A DNA stretch of 64,000 bases from Anaerolineales bacterium. GTDB lineage: Bacteria; Chloroflexota; Anaerolineae; Anaerolineales; Villigracilaceae. The stretch is taken from positions 2,566-66,565 of the forward strand of contig DAOTWG010000004.1 of NCBI GenBank assembly GCA_034436015.1, in the 5' to 3' direction. Of the stretch, positions 55,901 through 64,000 are shown in pieces (position 1 is the stretch's first letter; the number at the start of each line of letters is the position of its first letter). Position numbers and translations under genes: made by a program. Below the pieces are notes generated by a model, which was not told the origin of the DNA, made no database searches, and saw nothing but the letters and a program-made list of their open reading frames with translations.

Positions 55901-56923
55901 TCAGGCCGACGACACAAGGGATTTCTGGATAGCATCGCGTAGCGAATCCAGCATACGAGCTTCGACAGCCTCTTTCGCCACACGAACAGCATTCTTGATC
56001 GCTATCGCGTCCGAACGGCCGTGACCGATAAACACCAGGCCATTTACGCCCAGCAAAGGGGCTGCCCCATGATCGGAAGGATTCATCAACCTGCGGATAC
56101 CCAGGAGTGCCGGCTTGACCAATAGGCCGCCCACTTTGACCATCAGCCCGCCGTTCACGACCGCTTCTTTGATCTTGTCCATTAGCAACTTCGCCACAGC
56201 CTCGGCTGTTTTTAGGAGAACGTTGCCAGTAAAACCATCGGTGACGGCCACATCCACCCGACCGGAAAGCAACTCTTTCCCCTCAATGTTCCCTACGAAA
56301 TTCAAATCGCTTTCCTGCAGTAGAGGATAGGCGGCCCTGACCAGTTCGGAACCTTTGCCGGCCTCCTCGCCATTGGAAATCAGACCCACTTTTGGATTCG
56401 GCACGCCGAGCACTTTTTCCGCGTACAGCGCGCCCATGACGCCGAACTGGAGCAGGTTTTCCGGTTTACAGTCGGGATTAGCACCGACATCAATGACCAC
56501 GCAGAAACCGGTTGCCGTTGGAAAGAGAGGAGCCACGCCAGGGCGATCCACGCCGGGAATCACCCCAAGCCGAAAGTACGCCGTCACAGCGGCCGCGCCG
56601 GTATTACCGGCGGTAACGAAAGCGTCGGCATCGCCCTTTTTAACCAGGTCAATGCCGATCGCCATCGAATTTCTAGCATTGGGACGGCGCGCTTTTAACA
56701 CAAGCGCCAATCCCTTGTCCTCCATTGTCAGCACCTCCGGAGCATGAACCACGCGGATGGGCAAATCGCCCGGGTTTTGCGCTGCCAGTATTGGCCCGAT
56801 TCGGGCCTCGTCGCCAACCAGGATGATTTCCACGCCATACGCACGGGCAGCCATCACCGCGCCGATCACGTCCGGTTCGGGGAAACGGTCGCTCCCCATG
56901 GCATCCACAACGATTCGGGTCAT
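55901..56923 (-). CDS. plsX: phosphate acyltransferase PlsX
   Basis: Start trimmed to ATG 56923 (MTRIVVDAMGSDRFPEP...). The ORF-track N-terminal extension is the antisense of tRNA-Leu. Confidence 0.92.
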   Translation of the reverse strand: MTRIVVDAMGSDRFPEPDVIGAVMAARAYGVEIILVGDEARIGPILAAQNPGDLPIRVVHAPEVLTMEDKGLALVLKARRPNARNSMAIGIDLVKKGDADAFVTAGNTGAAAVTAYFRLGVIPGVDRPGVAPLFPTATGFCVVIDVGANPDCKPENLLQFGVMGALYAEKVLGVPNPKVGLISNGEEAGKGSELVRAAYPLLQESDLNFVGNIEGKELLSGRVDVAVTDGFTGNVLLKTAEAVAKLLMDKIKEAVVNGGLMVKVGGLLVKPALLGIRRLMNPSDHGAAPLLGVNGLVFIGHGRSDAIAIKNAVRVAKEAVEARMLDSLRDAIQKSLVSSA

Positions 56924-56955
56924 GATTTTGCTCCATTCTGCAAGAGTAAACTTGC

Positions 56956-56983
56956 TTGACAAGCCAACTATCGTGATTATAAT
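56956..56983 (+). promoter_or_regulatory. consensus promoter for tRNA-Leu
   Basis: TTGACA (56956-56961), 16-nt spacer, TATAAT (56978-56983), ending 11 nt before the tRNA 5' end. Confidence 0.55.
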
Positions 56984-56994
56984 ACGCCTTGTCT

Positions 56995-57076
56995 GCGCTG
57001 GTGCTGGAATTGGCAGACAGGCATGGTTGAGGGCCATGTGCCGCAAGGCGTGAGGGTTCAAATCCCTCCCAGCGCA
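56995..57076 (+). tRNA. tRNA-Leu (anticodon GAG), long variable arm, CCA not encoded
   Basis: Acceptor GCGCTGG/CCAGCGC. Anticodon stem CATGG/CCATG with loop TTGAGGG. Variable arm TGCCGCAAGGCGT. T-arm GAGGGTTCAAATCCCTC. Aligns position by position with E. coli tRNA-Leu. Confidence 0.92.
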
Positions 57077-57159
57077 TCGAGAGGAAGCGACTGTAACGGT
57101 CGCTTCCTTTGTTGTTCTGCATCGCTATATTTGATACAATACCACCAGGAGGTGATAGC

Positions 57160-58794
57160 ATGAAGTTCGTCTCTGTGGCCGAAATGCGCGCAATCGAGCA
57201 GCAGGCTGACGCCAGCGGATTGACGTATGCGCAGATGATGGCGAACGCCGGTCGCAATCTCGCCGAAGAGGTGCGTCGCCTTGTTCCGACAGAGGACGAA
57301 GAAAAGCAAGTCGTCGGTCTGGTTGGTCCAGGGAATAATGGTGGCGACACGTTGGTTGCTCTGTTCCATCTCGCGCAATGGGGTTGGCAGGCGCACGCCT
57401 ACCTCGTCCAACGCCGTCCGGAGGGGGATGAACTCGTGCAACGGCTGGAACAAGTAGGAGGGAACATCACGCCGGCGCGCGGCGACGAAGGGTTCATCCG
57501 CCTACAGGCGCTGGTCGCCTCTGCCGATATTCTACTGGATGGCTTGCTAGGCACGGGGTTCAAGCCCCCTTTGAAGGAAGAGATCGGTCAGGTATTGACC
57601 GCGACTCGGTTAGCAATAGCGGCCCTGGAACAGCCGCCGCTGGTAGTTGCTGTGGATTGCCCCTCCGGCGTGGACTGCGACAGTGGCGAGGCGGTCGCCG
57701 AGTGCTTGCAAGCCGATGTCACGGTGACGATGGCAGCCGTCAAGCATGGGCTGCTTAAGATGCCTGCCTATGCGCGGGTGGGAGAGTTGCGCGCCGTGCC
57801 CATCGGCGCGCTCGACGATCTGCCTGCTTGGAAAAACATTCGAGACGAGGTAGTGGATGAGGCGCTGATGGCCCGCCTCCTGCCCGCGCGTCCATTGAAT
57901 GCACACAAAGGGACTTTCGGCACAGCAGTGATTGTCGCCGGTTCGGTCAATTACACCGGCGCGGCCTTGCTGGCCGGCAAAGCCGCCTATCGCGCCGGCG
58001 CCGGTCTGGTCACAATGGCCATTCCGACACCGCTCCACGCCGCGTTGGCCGGTCAATTGCCGGAGGCCACCTGGATACTCTTGCCGCATGAAATCGGGGT
58101 CATCGCCGCCGATGCCGTGGAGGTGCTGGCAGACAATCTCGAACGCGCGACCGCGCTCCTGCTTGGCCCTGGCCTAGGTCTGGAAGATACAACGGCGGAA
58201 TTTGTCTCCGGTTTGCTGGAGCATGGATCGAGAAAAGGGATACGCGGCCAGATCGGCTTTGTGCGTCGGGATGCACAGAAGGTTGAGAAATCGTTTGTCA
58301 TGCCGTCGCTGGTCGTAGATGCAGACGCCTTGAAATTGTTGACAAAACTGGAGAACTGGCCGCGTCGTTTGCCCGCGAACACGATTCTCACTCCTCATCC
58401 GGGCGAGATGTCCATCCTAACCGGTCTTTCCATAGCAGAAATTCAAGGTAATCGTCTGGAAACCGCTCGCCGCTTCGCGCACGAATGGCAACACGTTGTC
58501 GTTCTCAAAGGCGCATTTACGGTTATCGCGGCGCCGGACGGACGGACTTCGACGATACCGATAGCGACGCCGGCGCTCGCGCGCGCCGGCACGGGCGACG
58601 TATTAGCAGGGCTTATGGTTGGACTGCGCGCACAGGGAATGGACGCCTACGACGCCGCGCGCGCGGCGGCCTGGATTCACGCCCAAGCCGGTTTACACGC
58701 GGCAGAGTGGCGCGGCAGTTCGGCATCCGTTCTCGCCGGCGATGTGCTGGAGATGATTCCGCACATCCTGGCGGAAATCGAGACAATCAGCTGA
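57160..58794 (+). CDS. nnr: bifunctional NAD(P)H-hydrate repair enzyme (epimerase/dehydratase)
   Basis: ATG 57160 with GGAGG RBS. GPGNNGGD (YjeF-N), and C-terminal carbohydrate-kinase fold with AGTGDVLAG. Confidence 0.9.
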   Translation: MKFVSVAEMRAIEQQADASGLTYAQMMANAGRNLAEEVRRLVPTEDEEKQVVGLVGPGNNGGDTLVALFHLAQWGWQAHAYLVQRRPEGDELVQRLEQVGGNITPARGDEGFIRLQALVASADILLDGLLGTGFKPPLKEEIGQVLTATRLAIAALEQPPLVVAVDCPSGVDCDSGEAVAECLQADVTVTMAAVKHGLLKMPAYARVGELRAVPIGALDDLPAWKNIRDEVVDEALMARLLPARPLNAHKGTFGTAVIVAGSVNYTGAALLAGKAAYRAGAGLVTMAIPTPLHAALAGQLPEATWILLPHEIGVIAADAVEVLADNLERATALLLGPGLGLEDTTAEFVSGLLEHGSRKGIRGQIGFVRRDAQKVEKSFVMPSLVVDADALKLLTKLENWPRRLPANTILTPHPGEMSILTGLSIAEIQGNRLETARRFAHEWQHVVVLKGAFTVIAAPDGRTSTIPIATPALARAGTGDVLAGLMVGLRAQGMDAYDAARAAAWIHAQAGLHAAEWRGSSASVLAGDVLEMIPHILAEIETIS

Positions 58795-58815
58795 AAGAGT
58801 ACGCCGGCTTCCCTC

Positions 58816-60267
58816 CTACGGCAAAATCTCGTCCAGCGGTTGTGTGGGCGAGGTCGGGTGAGCAGCAAGCCAGTCAATCACTGCTTGCCGCCAGTCAATG
58901 CCGGTGTCGGAGGTCATGGCGGGAGCAAACTGACGAACGTCATAGTGAACGTACAAGGCCTGCGGCAACAAAACAAGGTATCGGACATCAGGCTCCAGCG
59001 GCGCGCCGTTTTCCAGAAGATACTGACCGTTCCTCTCCACCAAGCCGCCGTAGAGTGGCCGATGCTTCTCGAGCAAGGCGAGAATTTGCTCTCCGCTCAG
59101 GGAAACAGCCAAAAGCGAGTTGTTCGTAGGAAGAATATCGAACCAGAGCGCAGGAGTCAGATAGCCGGCAGGAATTGGCCGAGCGATGTAGCGAGGGTTG
59201 GCCAATGCGATCTGCGCCTGAGGATAAGCGCTGAGCCAGGCCTGAGTCAAAAGGCTGGCCATGGCCGCCGATTCACGTCCGACAGGGCGACGGAGATACC
59301 CGATTGCCTTGTTTAACGCAGGCGGGAGGGCAGCGCGCCAACGCGCAACCAGATGTTCGAGTCTGGGATCGCTCCTGCCGGGCAAATTGCGCACATACAC
59401 AGAACGCAGGTCGGCAACCTGCTTTGTGGATTTGTCGAAGTAGAGATCAATCCGGAGATAGCCATCCCAAAACGAACCGCTTTGCACAAGCAAGACCCCG
59501 TCCACCACATCGTTGACCACCTCGTGGCAGTGACCGCCGCCCAGAACGGCAATTCCTTCCTGCGCCGCTAAAGGGGCAAGTCGGTAGGCCTCCGATTTGC
59601 AAAGATGACCGATCAGAATCAGCAATTCGGCTCCGGCCGCGCGCGCTTGCGCGGCCGCGTCTCGTAAGGCCAACTCATAGGGGATGAGACGCAGACCCTC
59701 GACTGCTGTTGGGTTGGTATCTGTCAAAAGTTCACCGGTCGTCAGGCCAAGGATGCCAACAGAAACTCGATTGACCTCCACTACAGTAAAGGGGCGCAAG
59801 AAATCCGGCCAGTTTCCGTCCCCATCGCGAACGTTTGCTGCCAGGAAGGGGAAATGCGCCTGCCGCGCGCGTTGACGCAAGGCTCCCAGGCCAAAATCGA
59901 AATCGTGATTGCCGAGCGCGGCCGCGTCGTATCCCATGGTGTTCATAGCCTCTACCGTCGACTCGCCCTGAAAGTAGGTGGAGAGCACCGGCCCAGTCCA
60001 CATATCTCCGCCATCCAGAATCAAGAAACGACCGCTCCCGCCGGCCATCTCTCTGTCCCAGCGAGCCATGATTCCTGCCGCCCCCGCACCGCCCTTCGTC
60101 TTCTCCAGATGACCGTGAACATCATTGGTATAGAGAATCACGAGATGGCGCACGGTTTCCGTCTCCACCGGCCGACGGAAACTCTCGAAGGCGCCCAAAA
60201 GCAACAGCAGGACAAGCAGGCTCAAGGCTACAAGGAAAAATCTACGCAGAGTCATCGGCAACCTCAT
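58816..60267 (-). CDS. secreted bifunctional metallophosphatase/5'-nucleotidase
   Basis: Start at Met 60267 (or 60255). TM/signal segment. NDVHGHL, GGDMWTG, GNHDFDFG and GGHCHE motifs. Confidence 0.88.
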   Translation of the reverse strand: MRLPMTLRRFFLVALSLLVLLLLLGAFESFRRPVETETVRHLVILYTNDVHGHLEKTKGGAGAAGIMARWDREMAGGSGRFLILDGGDMWTGPVLSTYFQGESTVEAMNTMGYDAAALGNHDFDFGLGALRQRARQAHFPFLAANVRDGDGNWPDFLRPFTVVEVNRVSVGILGLTTGELLTDTNPTAVEGLRLIPYELALRDAAAQARAAGAELLILIGHLCKSEAYRLAPLAAQEGIAVLGGGHCHEVVNDVVDGVLLVQSGSFWDGYLRIDLYFDKSTKQVADLRSVYVRNLPGRSDPRLEHLVARWRAALPPALNKAIGYLRRPVGRESAAMASLLTQAWLSAYPQAQIALANPRYIARPIPAGYLTPALWFDILPTNNSLLAVSLSGEQILALLEKHRPLYGGLVERNGQYLLENGAPLEPDVRYLVLLPQALYVHYDVRQFAPAMTSDTGIDWRQAVIDWLAAHPTSPTQPLDEILP

Positions 60268-60292
60268 CGGCAAGTCGCGGCGCCAGAGATGG

Positions 60293-61837
60293 TCATGGCA
60301 CGACTTCCACTTCCACCGCGCAGTCATTTGCCATCTCTTGAAAGTCGTAAGGGGCGCTATAAGAAGAAAAGTAGCTCCGGTCGTGCAGCAGGGGATAATC
60401 GGCCTGAAAGTAGGCGTTGAAGACCAGGCGGAAGGAATTAACCGGCGAAATGGAAGAATAGAGCCCCCTCGCTCCAGAGGGAAAGAAATAGGCGTTCAAG
60501 ATTTTCATCCGGTCGCGCCACGAGGAAAAACCGGGACCATGATCGCCTTGCAGGATAATGATCGGGGGCTGAGAGGAGGCGGAAATCACTTGTTGCAGCA
60601 CCGCTATCATACTCGCGCTGATGAACTCGACTTGTTCGCGATACCCCTGACGATATTGCTCCGAGGTATAGTGGCTTTCCAGCGTTTGGGAACCGCTATC
60701 CCTAACTTCACCCTTTGGCCCGAACACAAAAGGAGGATGAGGCGCGATGATGTGAACAAAAACAAACTTTGGGCCTTCCAGCGCGGCTACCTTTGGCAAC
60801 ATCTCCAGAGCGTACACGGTGCGCTCCCGAAAAACGGTTGCGCTTTCGACGTTCATACGCACGATTCCCGCGTCTGCCAGCGCCAGCCCGAAGGAAGAGC
60901 GCAATAGGAGAGCCTCGAATTCGCTGAGATGACCGCGAAGCGGCGGCGAAAGGTACCAGTCCGCATTCGGCCATTCGGACCAGATAAAACCGGAAGCAAA
61001 ACTGACCACACGGTAGCCGTTGGCTTCCAGAATGCGCCGGACAAGACTCTGGCGCGACAACGTAACGAGTAACGCGTCATTCGCGTCGTTGTTCGGCTCT
61101 ACCCCTAACTTCTCAAGATAATCCATATTCAACGTAGAGGCAATGGCAAACTGAGTTTGGGCATAGTTGCTCTGACTGCACGGAGCAACGTAAAACCCCA
61201 TCTCGCTCAGACCGCGCAGAAAGAACGTGTTGTCTATATCGTAAACCGCTTGCAGTGTATCCGAGCGGCCATAAGAATCCAAAATGATATAGTAAATATC
61301 CGGCCAGCTGCCTTGACCTGCTCCATCGAACGGCGCGTTTGTAAGAACGATTTGAGGCTGGACTCTGGACTGTAGCCAATGAAACCGGCCTATCTGAGTC
61401 AGGGAGATTAAAGTCAGGAAACCGGCGGCCAGATTCAGAACAAGGGTGATACGCGCCAACGGCAACGCTTTACGCGTGGCCCAGAAGATAGACAAGCCAG
61501 CCAGCACACCCCAAAGTGGAACCAGGTATCGTCCTCGTCCGATAGAGGGGCTGATTTCCCGCAACGTCCAGTACACATGTCCATAGGAAAAGAAAAGCAA
61601 AATCAGCAATGCAGTCAGAAGCGCCGAGCGCTGCCAACTCTTGAGAAAAAGGGTCAATACGCTCCACACTAGCCAAGCGCCGACGATAGAAAGGATAAGC
61701 GGTCGGATGATGACTCCCAGGCGAATCTGGTTGAGGTTCACAGCAGCCAAGGCCAGCACCGGATAGGCAGCCAGCCATGTCACAAACCAGGGCTGCTGCA
61801 AGAAACGATTAACAACTCGTTGGGATGGTGATGTCAT
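60293..61837 (-). CDS. alkaline-phosphatase-superfamily (sulfatase/LTA-synthase-like) integral membrane protein, paralog 1
   Basis: About 5 N-terminal TM helices, then WPDIYYIILDSYGRSD and IILQGDHGP metal-site motifs. Confidence 0.8.
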   Translation of the reverse strand: MTSPSQRVVNRFLQQPWFVTWLAAYPVLALAAVNLNQIRLGVIIRPLILSIVGAWLVWSVLTLFLKSWQRSALLTALLILLFFSYGHVYWTLREISPSIGRGRYLVPLWGVLAGLSIFWATRKALPLARITLVLNLAAGFLTLISLTQIGRFHWLQSRVQPQIVLTNAPFDGAGQGSWPDIYYIILDSYGRSDTLQAVYDIDNTFFLRGLSEMGFYVAPCSQSNYAQTQFAIASTLNMDYLEKLGVEPNNDANDALLVTLSRQSLVRRILEANGYRVVSFASGFIWSEWPNADWYLSPPLRGHLSEFEALLLRSSFGLALADAGIVRMNVESATVFRERTVYALEMLPKVAALEGPKFVFVHIIAPHPPFVFGPKGEVRDSGSQTLESHYTSEQYRQGYREQVEFISASMIAVLQQVISASSQPPIIILQGDHGPGFSSWRDRMKILNAYFFPSGARGLYSSISPVNSFRLVFNAYFQADYPLLHDRSYFSSYSAPYDFQEMANDCAVEVEVVP

Positions 61838-62774
61838 GGGCTATTCCTAGACCATCAAGCAGGTTCTTGATGGTATTCCAGTGAACTCTTTCCCAAGCAA
61901 TCGGGCTCGAATTGGAATTGTGCGGCGCCAGCATCACGTTGTCCATTTGGCGCAATGGACTATCGGCCGGCAATGGCTCCACCTCGAACACATCCAGAGC
62001 AGCGCCGGCAATAATCCCCTGTTGCAACGCCTCGACCAGGGCTTGCTCGTCCACGATCGGACCGCGCGCGGTATTGATTAACACAGCATGGGGGCGCATC
62101 AAACGCAATGTGCGGGCGTTGATGAGATGGTAGGAGGTGGGGTTCAAATCACAATTAACGGAAACGAAATCGGACTGGCCCAGCAACGCTTCCAGCGAGG
62201 TCATGTAAACGCCGCTTTCCGTGAGGAAGACATGATCAATCTCCTCAATATCGTTCCCGAATACGGTCATACCAAACGCGCGAGCGCGACGTGCAACTGC
62301 CTTGCCGATGTTGCCAACGCCAATAATTCCTAGCGTACACTCGCTCAGCGAGCGACCTTGCACTTTCTCCCAGACGCCGGCCTTCATGGCTTTATCCATC
62401 CAGGGTTGCCGGCGTGCAAAGGCCAACATATATCCCAGGACGCTATCGGCCACAGGTAGGGTGAAAGCATTCGGCGTACGGTAAATTCTGACGCCAAGCC
62501 TGGCGGCAGCCTGTAAGTCAATGGAGTCAATGCCGGTGCCCCATTTGGAAATCACTTTCAGACGCGGCGCACAGGCCTCGAGCACGCGCGCCGTGTAACG
62601 GTCGTCTCCGCAGATCGCGCCATCGAACTGACCGGCGTATTGTAATAAATCGTCTTCCTCCAACCGTTCGCGAACCGGGGGCGTGATCAAGCACAACCCA
62701 TAGTTTTCCACTATGGGGCGAAAACGATCGAGAACAGGGAGCATATAGGGAGCGGAGAGCAAAACTGTGGTCAT
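61809..62774 (-). CDS. D-isomer-specific 2-hydroxyacid dehydrogenase family protein
   Basis: ATG 62774 overlaps the upstream stop (ATGA). GIIGVGNIGKAVARRA NAD motif, NTARGPIVDE, and DVFEVEP..APHNS. Confidence 0.88.
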   Translation of the reverse strand: MTTVLLSAPYMLPVLDRFRPIVENYGLCLITPPVRERLEEDDLLQYAGQFDGAICGDDRYTARVLEACAPRLKVISKWGTGIDSIDLQAAARLGVRIYRTPNAFTLPVADSVLGYMLAFARRQPWMDKAMKAGVWEKVQGRSLSECTLGIIGVGNIGKAVARRARAFGMTVFGNDIEEIDHVFLTESGVYMTSLEALLGQSDFVSVNCDLNPTSYHLINARTLRLMRPHAVLINTARGPIVDEQALVEALQQGIIAGAALDVFEVEPLPADSPLRQMDNVMLAPHNSNSSPIAWERVHWNTIKNLLDGLGIAHDITIPTSC

Positions 62775-64000
62775 GGCTGTTTCCTTGCCTTGCAAGGATT
62801 AGGAACGAAGGTGAATTTGTAGATTTTCGGCACGGGCGAGGCGTAACTGTAATCCGGTAAAAGAGTAAAATGAGCGTCAAAGTAAGCGTTGAAAATCACG
62901 CGAAAGGAATTCACCGGCGAAATCGAGGGGTAGAGAATCTCCTGATGGCCTGGCAGGTAATACGCGTTCAGGATATCGAACGCGCGCTCCCTGGGCTGCA
63001 ACCAGGGGCCATGATCCCCCTGGAGGATGATGAGCGGCGGCGTCTCCGACTCGACGATGATACGCGCCACAATCTCCTCGAGCTGGCTGTTAAGGAAAGT
63101 CAGAGCCGCCGTGTAACCCTCGGCATATTTCGCAAAAGTGTACTTCCCCTCGGCGTTTAAGTATTGCGTCGCGTCGACCTCCTCTCCATGTGGCCCGAAG
63201 ACAAAAGGAGGATGGGGAAGGACGAGGTGGGCGAAGACGAACTTTGGCCCAGGTGCACGCGGCAATTCGCGCAGCGTCTCGAGCGCGAGCAACGTGCGTT
63301 CCCGAAAATTTTGCGCTCCCAGGGGATCGAATTGGATAATCCCACTTTCCAGCAACTGACGGGTAAGCGTAGTGCGGAGCAAAAGCGCCTCGAATTCATT
63401 CAGATTCGGGCTTAGAGGAGACGGTGCGATGAACTCATCGGCGTCGGTCCACTCGCTCCAGGCAAAGCCGGTGGCAAAGGCAATTGTCCGATAACCGTTC
63501 TCCTCCAGAATCTGGCGGACAACGCTATGCTTGAGATCCTCAAAAATGGGGGAGCGACTGGTGGCCTCCGGCGTGAGTTCTGGGTGGAGGCGTTGAATAT
63601 AGCCCATGTTCAGGGAAGAGGCTAACGAAATGTCCGTACGTCCATAATTGCTCTGGCTACAGGAAGCCACATAGAACCCCATAGACTGCAAACTTTGGAG
63701 AAACCGACCGTTGTCATAGCGGTATAGCGCCTGGAGACGATCTGCGCGCGCATACGAGTCCACGACGAGGTAATATATATCGGGCGGCGACTGGTCAGTG
63801 GGGAGATGCATGCTCGGGGATAGCGCACGATCGTCAGACAATGTTTTTGCACGGGCCGGCCTCGCCGCGTTTATCACACACTGACCGGCAGCAAAGACCA
63901 CCAACCCTAGTGTGAGGCTGTTCAGCACTACAGCGCCACGGGAAAAATCCACAGGGCGCGCAATCGCCCAAAAAATCAGGAGAACGAACGCCATCGTGAG
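62771..64000 (-). CDS. alkaline-phosphatase-superfamily membrane protein, paralog 2 (probably N-terminally truncated by the window edge)
   Basis: PPDIYYLVVDSYARAD and IILQGDHGP. Roughly half of the residues are identical to paralog 1 by eye. The frame stays open to position 64000, and the paralog has a longer TM region before the PDIYY motif. Confidence 0.8.
   Translation of the reverse strand, partial: LTMAFVLLIFWAIARPVDFSRGAVVLNSLTLGLVVFAAGQCVINAARPARAKTLSDDRALSPSMHLPTDQSPPDIYYLVVDSYARADRLQALYRYDNGRFLQSLQSMGFYVASCSQSNYGRTDISLASSLNMGYIQRLHPELTPEATSRSPIFEDLKHSVVRQILEENGYRTIAFATGFAWSEWTDADEFIAPSPLSPNLNEFEALLLRTTLTRQLLESGIIQFDPLGAQNFRERTLLALETLRELPRAPGPKFVFAHLVLPHPPFVFGPHGEEVDATQYLNAEGKYTFAKYAEGYTAALTFLNSQLEEIVARIIVESETPPLIILQGDHGPWLQPRERAFDILNAYYLPGHQEILYPSISPVNSFRVIFNAYFDAHFTLLPDYSYASPVPKIYKFTFVPNPCKARKQP

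Noticed and set aside
56673-57350. 225-aa minus-strand ORF and the N-terminal extension of the plsX ORF (56924-57061)
   Set aside because: Both run antisense through tRNA-Leu and its consensus promoter. plsX has a canonical N-terminus at ATG 56923.
1-64000. CRISPR arrays, transposons/IS elements, prophage, rRNA operons
   Set aside because: I saw no regularly spaced direct repeats, no transposase, integrase or recombinase-like ORFs, no phage structural genes and no rRNA-like sequence while reading the ORF track and the intergenic regions.

Overview
This is a GC-rich bacterial chromosomal segment. Gene content and promoter style resemble Chloroflexota-like monoderms, but that is inference only. 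I call about 60 protein-coding genes, one tmRNA (ssrA, 16190-16590) and one tRNA-Leu(GAG) (56995-57076). Most genes are housekeeping: an ssb 3' end, recJ, rnhB, a hisGDCBAH operon, argF, rocD, ald, pyk, cinA, comEA, dinG, plsX and nnr. The rest are envelope, transport and signalling genes: two GT2 glycosyltransferases, two MFS transporters, an ECF sigma/anti-sigma pair, a PP2C/FHA pair, a LysM-M23 peptidase, an M14 peptidase and three alkaline-phosphatase-superfamily membrane proteins. I recognised no rRNA, CRISPR array, transposase, integrase, reverse transcriptase or phage genes, so the window looks like core chromosome rather than an accessory island. I did not find a compelling self-contained novel system such as a defence locus. 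The best-supported new signal is at sequence level: a candidate leaderless His-codon attenuator upstream of hisG, made of a promoter, a 24-codon mini-ORF, an exact 9-nt antiterminator complement and a terminator. Other points worth a second look:
- An MtaD-type deaminase fused to a CYTH domain with a variant ExQxK motif, followed by a perfect CRP-type palindrome upstream of argF.
- A tight co-directional ssb to recJ array containing a translin/TRAX-like gene and a ParB/Srx-USP fusion.
- A kinase-less PP2C/FHA transmembrane module.
- An operon of paralogous AP-superfamily membrane proteins with a 2-hydroxyacid dehydrogenase and a 5'-nucleotidase.
- Two NERD-like paralogs with degenerate catalytic motifs.
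All family assignments come from motif recognition by eye. No database search was run.
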